NCBI GenBank assembly: GCA_042090785.1
Contig: JBELIP010000006.1
Location: 31,693 to 95,692, forward strand
Direction of reading: 5' to 3'
DNA length: 64,000 nucleotides
From: Cellvibrionales bacterium
GTDB lineage: Bacteria; Pseudomonadota; Gammaproteobacteria; Pseudomonadales; UBA7434
Part shown: in pieces, positions 60,852-64,000 of the stretch
How positions within the stretch are numbered: position 1 is the stretch's first letter
Layout: each line of letters opens with the position of its first letter
Position numbers and translations under genes: made by a program
The notes under the pieces: model-generated
Told to the model about the DNA's origin: nothing
The model's database searches: none
The model's input: only the letters and a program-made list of their open reading frames with translations

Positions 60852-61526
60852 TTAACTGCTTGACCGATATAACTGTTGGTCTTCAATATATTGCACCACT
60901 GATGACGGCACATAATCATCAATCATTTTTTTCTGCGCCGCGCTAGCTTCACGACTAGCAAATATTAATCTCAAATCTGTTGATGAAATATTATAGGGTT
61001 CTAGCTCTAACTGAACGAGCTCACCATTAGCTGCATTAATTTCACTCACTGACTGCGCTAGCAAGTGCTTTAATACCGGCTCATTAATTTGCTCTGCTCT
61101 AATTTTCCCCGCTCTCTCAATGACGGCTAAATTAGCTAATGACAACAACGACTGCCACCGCTCCCATTGATGCAAAGCGGCAAAAGCATCGGCACCTAGA
61201 ATAAAAATGATAACTGTATTATCACCTAATTCACTGCGTATTTCTTGCAAGCTATCGACGGTATACGATAAACCTTCACGCTTTAACTCACGATCATCAA
61301 TGTATAACTGCGCTTCATTTATCACTTTATTGGACAAAGCCAGCGTTAACATTTTAACCCGCTGTTCTGGGCTAGCACTTGGATATTTATGGTGCGGATG
61401 CTGCTGACACGGCATAAAGTAAAGTTTATCGAGTAACAACTCGGAAACTAACGCTTTTCCTGAGGCGATATGACCATAGTGGACAGGATCAAAAGTGCCA
61501 CCAAAAATGCCAATACGCTGCGTCAT
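60852..61526 (-). CDS. nadD: Nicotinate-nucleotide adenylyltransferase
   Basis: GIFGGTFDPVHYGH (T/HxGH) motif; 224 aa. Confidence 0.9.
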   Translation of the reverse strand: MTQRIGIFGGTFDPVHYGHIASGKALVSELLLDKLYFMPCQQHPHHKYPSASPEQRVKMLTLALSNKVINEAQLYIDDRELKREGLSYTVDSLQEIRSELGDNTVIIFILGADAFAALHQWERWQSLLSLANLAVIERAGKIRAEQINEPVLKHLLAQSVSEINAANGELVQLELEPYNISSTDLRLIFASREASAAQKKMIDDYVPSSVVQYIEDQQLYRSSS

Positions 61527-61550
61527 ATAAAAGCGGCTCTGGTCATCATG

Positions 61551-62828
61551 CTAACTGCGAATTTGCCCACTACCGAGCACCACATATTTCTCTGACGTCA
61601 GTCCTTCTAAGCCAACGGGGCCACGGGCATGAATTTTGTCGGTAGAGATACCAATTTCAGCACCTAAACCGTATTCAAAGCCATCGGCAAAACGCGTAGA
61701 AGCATTAATCATAACTGAACTAGAATCGACCTCTCGAATAAACTTCATGGCGCGTGGGTGATGCTCGGTAATAATGGTTTCACTGTGCTGCGAGCTATAA
61801 CGGTTAATATGCTCAATGGCTTCTTCAAGCCCAGCAACAACTTTTACAGCTAAAATCGGCGCTAAATACTCTTCGTACCAATCGTTCTCTGTCGCCGCAA
61901 CCAGCTTAAGATCGTTAGAAGCACCAGCACTGATAATGGATAAAGATTTTTCACAGGCGCGCAACTCTACACCATGCGCTTGGTAAGCGCTGGCCAACTG
62001 GGGCAATAATGACTCAGCTACGCCTTCAGCAACCAATAATGACTCAGCAGTATTACAGGTGCCATAACGTTGAGTTTTCGCATTTACCGCAATACTTATT
62101 GCCATCTCCTCATCTGCAGTGTCATCAATATACACATGACAATTACCATCAAGATGTTTGATCACGGGTACTCGGGCATCACGACTAATACGTTCAATTA
62201 AGCCTTTACCACCGCGGGGCACAATAACATCGACGTAATCAGGCATGGTTATCAATTGCCCTACCGCTTCGCGATCGGTGGTTTCGACCACTTGCACAGC
62301 GGTTTGTGGCAAACCCACTTCGGCTAAACCGGCTTGAATACAGGCAGCAATCGCCTGATTAGAGTGTAAGGCTTCGGAACCACCACGCAGAATGACAGCA
62401 TTGCCCGATTTAAGGCACAAACTCGCTGCCTCAACCGTCACATTAGGCCGCGACTCATAAATAATGCCGATAACCCCCAATGGCACGCGCATTTTACCCA
62501 CCTGAATACCCGATGGTCGCGAACTCATATCGGTAAGGCCACCAATAGGATCAACCAACGCAGCTACCTGCCCTATTCCTTCAAGCATGTCATCAATACG
62601 CGCATCGGTTAACTCTAGGCGGTCGAGCAGCGCAGCTTCTAAACCATTGGCCTGTGCGGCAGCGAGATCGGTGGCATTAGCTTCAATTAAAGCGGGACGA
62701 GAAGCTTGTAACTGGCGAGCAATCGCCAACAAAGCAGCATTTTTATCGCCCGTAGAGGCTGATGACATGGCACGACTGGCAGCGCGGGCGCGCTCACCTA
62801 GGGATTGCATATATTGAATAATATTCAC
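61551..62828 (-). CDS. proA: Glutamate-5-semialdehyde dehydrogenase
   Basis: 425 aa. ...[13 protein letters not shown]..., [29 protein letters not shown]. Confidence 0.95.
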   Translation of the reverse strand: MNIIQYMQSLGERARAASRAMSSASTGDKNAALLAIARQLQASRPALIEANATDLAAAQANGLEAALLDRLELTDARIDDMLEGIGQVAALVDPIGGLTDMSSRPSGIQVGKMRVPLGVIGIIYESRPNVTVEAASLCLKSGNAVILRGGSEALHSNQAIAACIQAGLAEVGLPQTAVQVVETTDREAVGQLITMPDYVDVIVPRGGKGLIERISRDARVPVIKHLDGNCHVYIDDTADEEMAISIAVNAKTQRYGTCNTAESLLVAEGVAESLLPQLASAYQAHGVELRACEKSLSIISAGASNDLKLVAATENDWYEEYLAPILAVKVVAGLEEAIEHINRYSSQHSETIITEHHPRAMKFIREVDSSSVMINASTRFADGFEYGLGAEIGISTDKIHARGPVGLEGLTSEKYVVLGSGQIRS

Positions 62829-62988
62829 GGCTTTATCCTAAAACATTTGATTCGCTATTCTCTCACAGTATGATGGTTTGGCAACTAGCAAGCGTCCCGA
62901 GTGTCTTAATTCATTCAACTAATCGACGTTAAACTAGCGCCATGAATTTAACCAACGCTCGGTCTTGAGATTGACAGGAACTATTAGC

Positions 62989-63384
62989 ATGAAAAAGCTG
63001 CAAACCGTACTTAACCGCTCGCTATACCCAACGTTAAAGCGCTTGCTATTCATTGCCTTTATTGGCTTGAGCCTAAGCGGCTGTCATGCAGTATTATTGA
63101 GCAGTGCCGCAGTCGCTGGTTACGAAGTCGCCAAAGATGAACGCAGCGCGTCAGAAGTCGCAACCGACACTCGTATTGTTGCCGATATTAAGCAAAAGCT
63201 ACTGCGTGATAAGACCATTTCGGGCTGGGATGTCAACGTCGATAGCCATAAAGGAGAAGTCACCTTGCATGGCAATGTCTCGAGCCAAACGGCGAAAGAG
63301 CGCGCATTACTGATTGCCCAGAGTATTAAAGGGGTCACTAAAATTACCAGTAAGCTAATTATTATTCCGAGAAGCAGCGAGTAA
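62989..63384 (+). CDS. BON domain-containing lipoprotein (OsmY-like)
   Basis: Lipobox LSLSGC and a single BON-type repeat (...VNVDSHKGEVTLHGNVSSQTAKERALLIAQSIKGVTKITSKL). ATG at 62989; the ORF track began at TTG 62965. Confidence 0.75.
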   Translation: MKKLQTVLNRSLYPTLKRLLFIAFIGLSLSGCHAVLLSSAAVAGYEVAKDERSASEVATDTRIVADIKQKLLRDKTISGWDVNVDSHKGEVTLHGNVSSQTAKERALLIAQSIKGVTKITSKLIIIPRSSE

Positions 63385-63465
63385 AGTGTACCGCCGGCCT
63401 AACTAGGTTAGGGCTAAAAATTCAACCGAGCACTTAAGTACAAAGAAGCGCTTGCAGAGAAAAAA

Positions 63466-64000
63466 CTACTGCAAGCCTTCAATAACCTCAACAATTCGGC
63501 TCGCTGCTTGTCCATCACCATAAGGGTTATGCGCTTTTGACATTGCCTGATAAGTGGCATCATCCAACATTACCGCTTCAACATGATCAACAATCGCTTG
63601 TTGATCAGTGCCAACTAAACGAACCGTACCTGCATCCACCGCTTCAGGTCGCTCCGTGACGCTACGCATCACTAATACGGGCTTTCCTAAAGAAGGTGCT
63701 TCCTCTTGAATGCCACCTGAGTCGGTCAAAATCAATGACGAGCGATTCATTAACCAGGTAAAAGGCAAATAATCTTGCGGCTCAATCAATGACACATTAT
63801 CTAAACCCGATAAAATGTCGAAAACCGGTTTTTGCACATTAGGGTTAAGATGCACAGGATAGACAAATTCCCAATCCGTATGCGCTTCTGCCAAGGTTTT
63901 TATTGCAGTGCAAAGATCAACAAAGCCTTGCCCAAAATTTTCGCGACGATGACCGGTAATTAAAATGAGTTTACGCTCGGTATCCTCTAAGCGCTCAAAA
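63466..64000 (-). CDS. wecB: UDP-N-acetylglucosamine 2-epimerase (non-hydrolysing), C-terminal part; gene continues beyond the right edge
   Basis: The frame is open from 64000. Manual translation gives ...[16 protein letters not shown]...[10 protein letters not shown]...[24 protein letters not shown]...NPYGDGQAS. The ORF-track start at 63894 is an internal codon. Confidence 0.85.
   Translation of the reverse strand, partial: FERLEDTERKLILITGHRRENFGQGFVDLCTAIKTLAEAHTDWEFVYPVHLNPNVQKPVFDILSGLDNVSLIEPQDYLPFTWLMNRSSLILTDSGGIQEEAPSLGKPVLVMRSVTERPEAVDAGTVRLVGTDQQAIVDHVEAVMLDDATYQAMSKAHNPYGDGQAASRIVEVIEGLQ

Noticed and set aside
1-64000. Looked for tRNA, rRNA, CRISPR arrays, IS elements, integrases and prophage genes
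   Set aside because: I saw no cloverleaf-like T-arm (GGTTCGAATCC-type) sequences in intergenic regions, no regularly spaced direct repeats, and no transposase- or integrase-like ORFs. The inspection was by eye only, so small or degenerate elements could be missed.

Overview
Chromosomal segment of an AT-leaning gammaproteobacterium. The gene order proA-nadD-rsfS-rlmH-mrdA-rodA-mltB-rlpA-dac-ybeD-lipB resembles Pseudomonadales/Oceanospirillales, which is an inference from synteny only. The core of the window (31.8-46.7 kb, minus strand) is the complete S10-spc-alpha ribosomal protein supercluster, rpsJ through rplQ, including secY, rpoA and rpmJ. rpmJ is too short to appear in the supplied ORF track. 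On the left are dapA-bamC-MBL hydrolase-PilZ-hybrid histidine kinase-rsmJ, an RND efflux pair with an orphan exbD, ogt, cmoA/cmoB, a patch of poorly characterised small genes, msbA followed by an unusual kinase fusion gene, and divergent ssb/uvrA. On the right are a patatin-like lipase, a stand-alone second EF-G paralog, the cell-wall elongation cluster, proA and a truncated wecB. I found no rRNA, tRNA, CRISPR array, transposase or integrase. Six items deserve a second look. (1) A gene next to msbA fuses an LPS-kinase domain, a membrane segment and a GH-A-like barrel that seems to lack the acid/base Glu. (2) A mini exosortase (XrtH-like) sits with a coupled membrane partner but no visible substrate. 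(3) Histone-H1-like Lys/Ala tails occur on UvrA and on a KorA/TrfB-like protein. (4) A three-copy intergenic repeat family is built around a terminator hairpin. (5) Unusually long structured spacers lie inside the ribosomal protein operons. (6) The S10 operon has its own strong promoter and an alternative-hairpin leader, with no upstream tuf/str genes. All functional calls rest on motif recognition by eye and on synteny; no searches were run.
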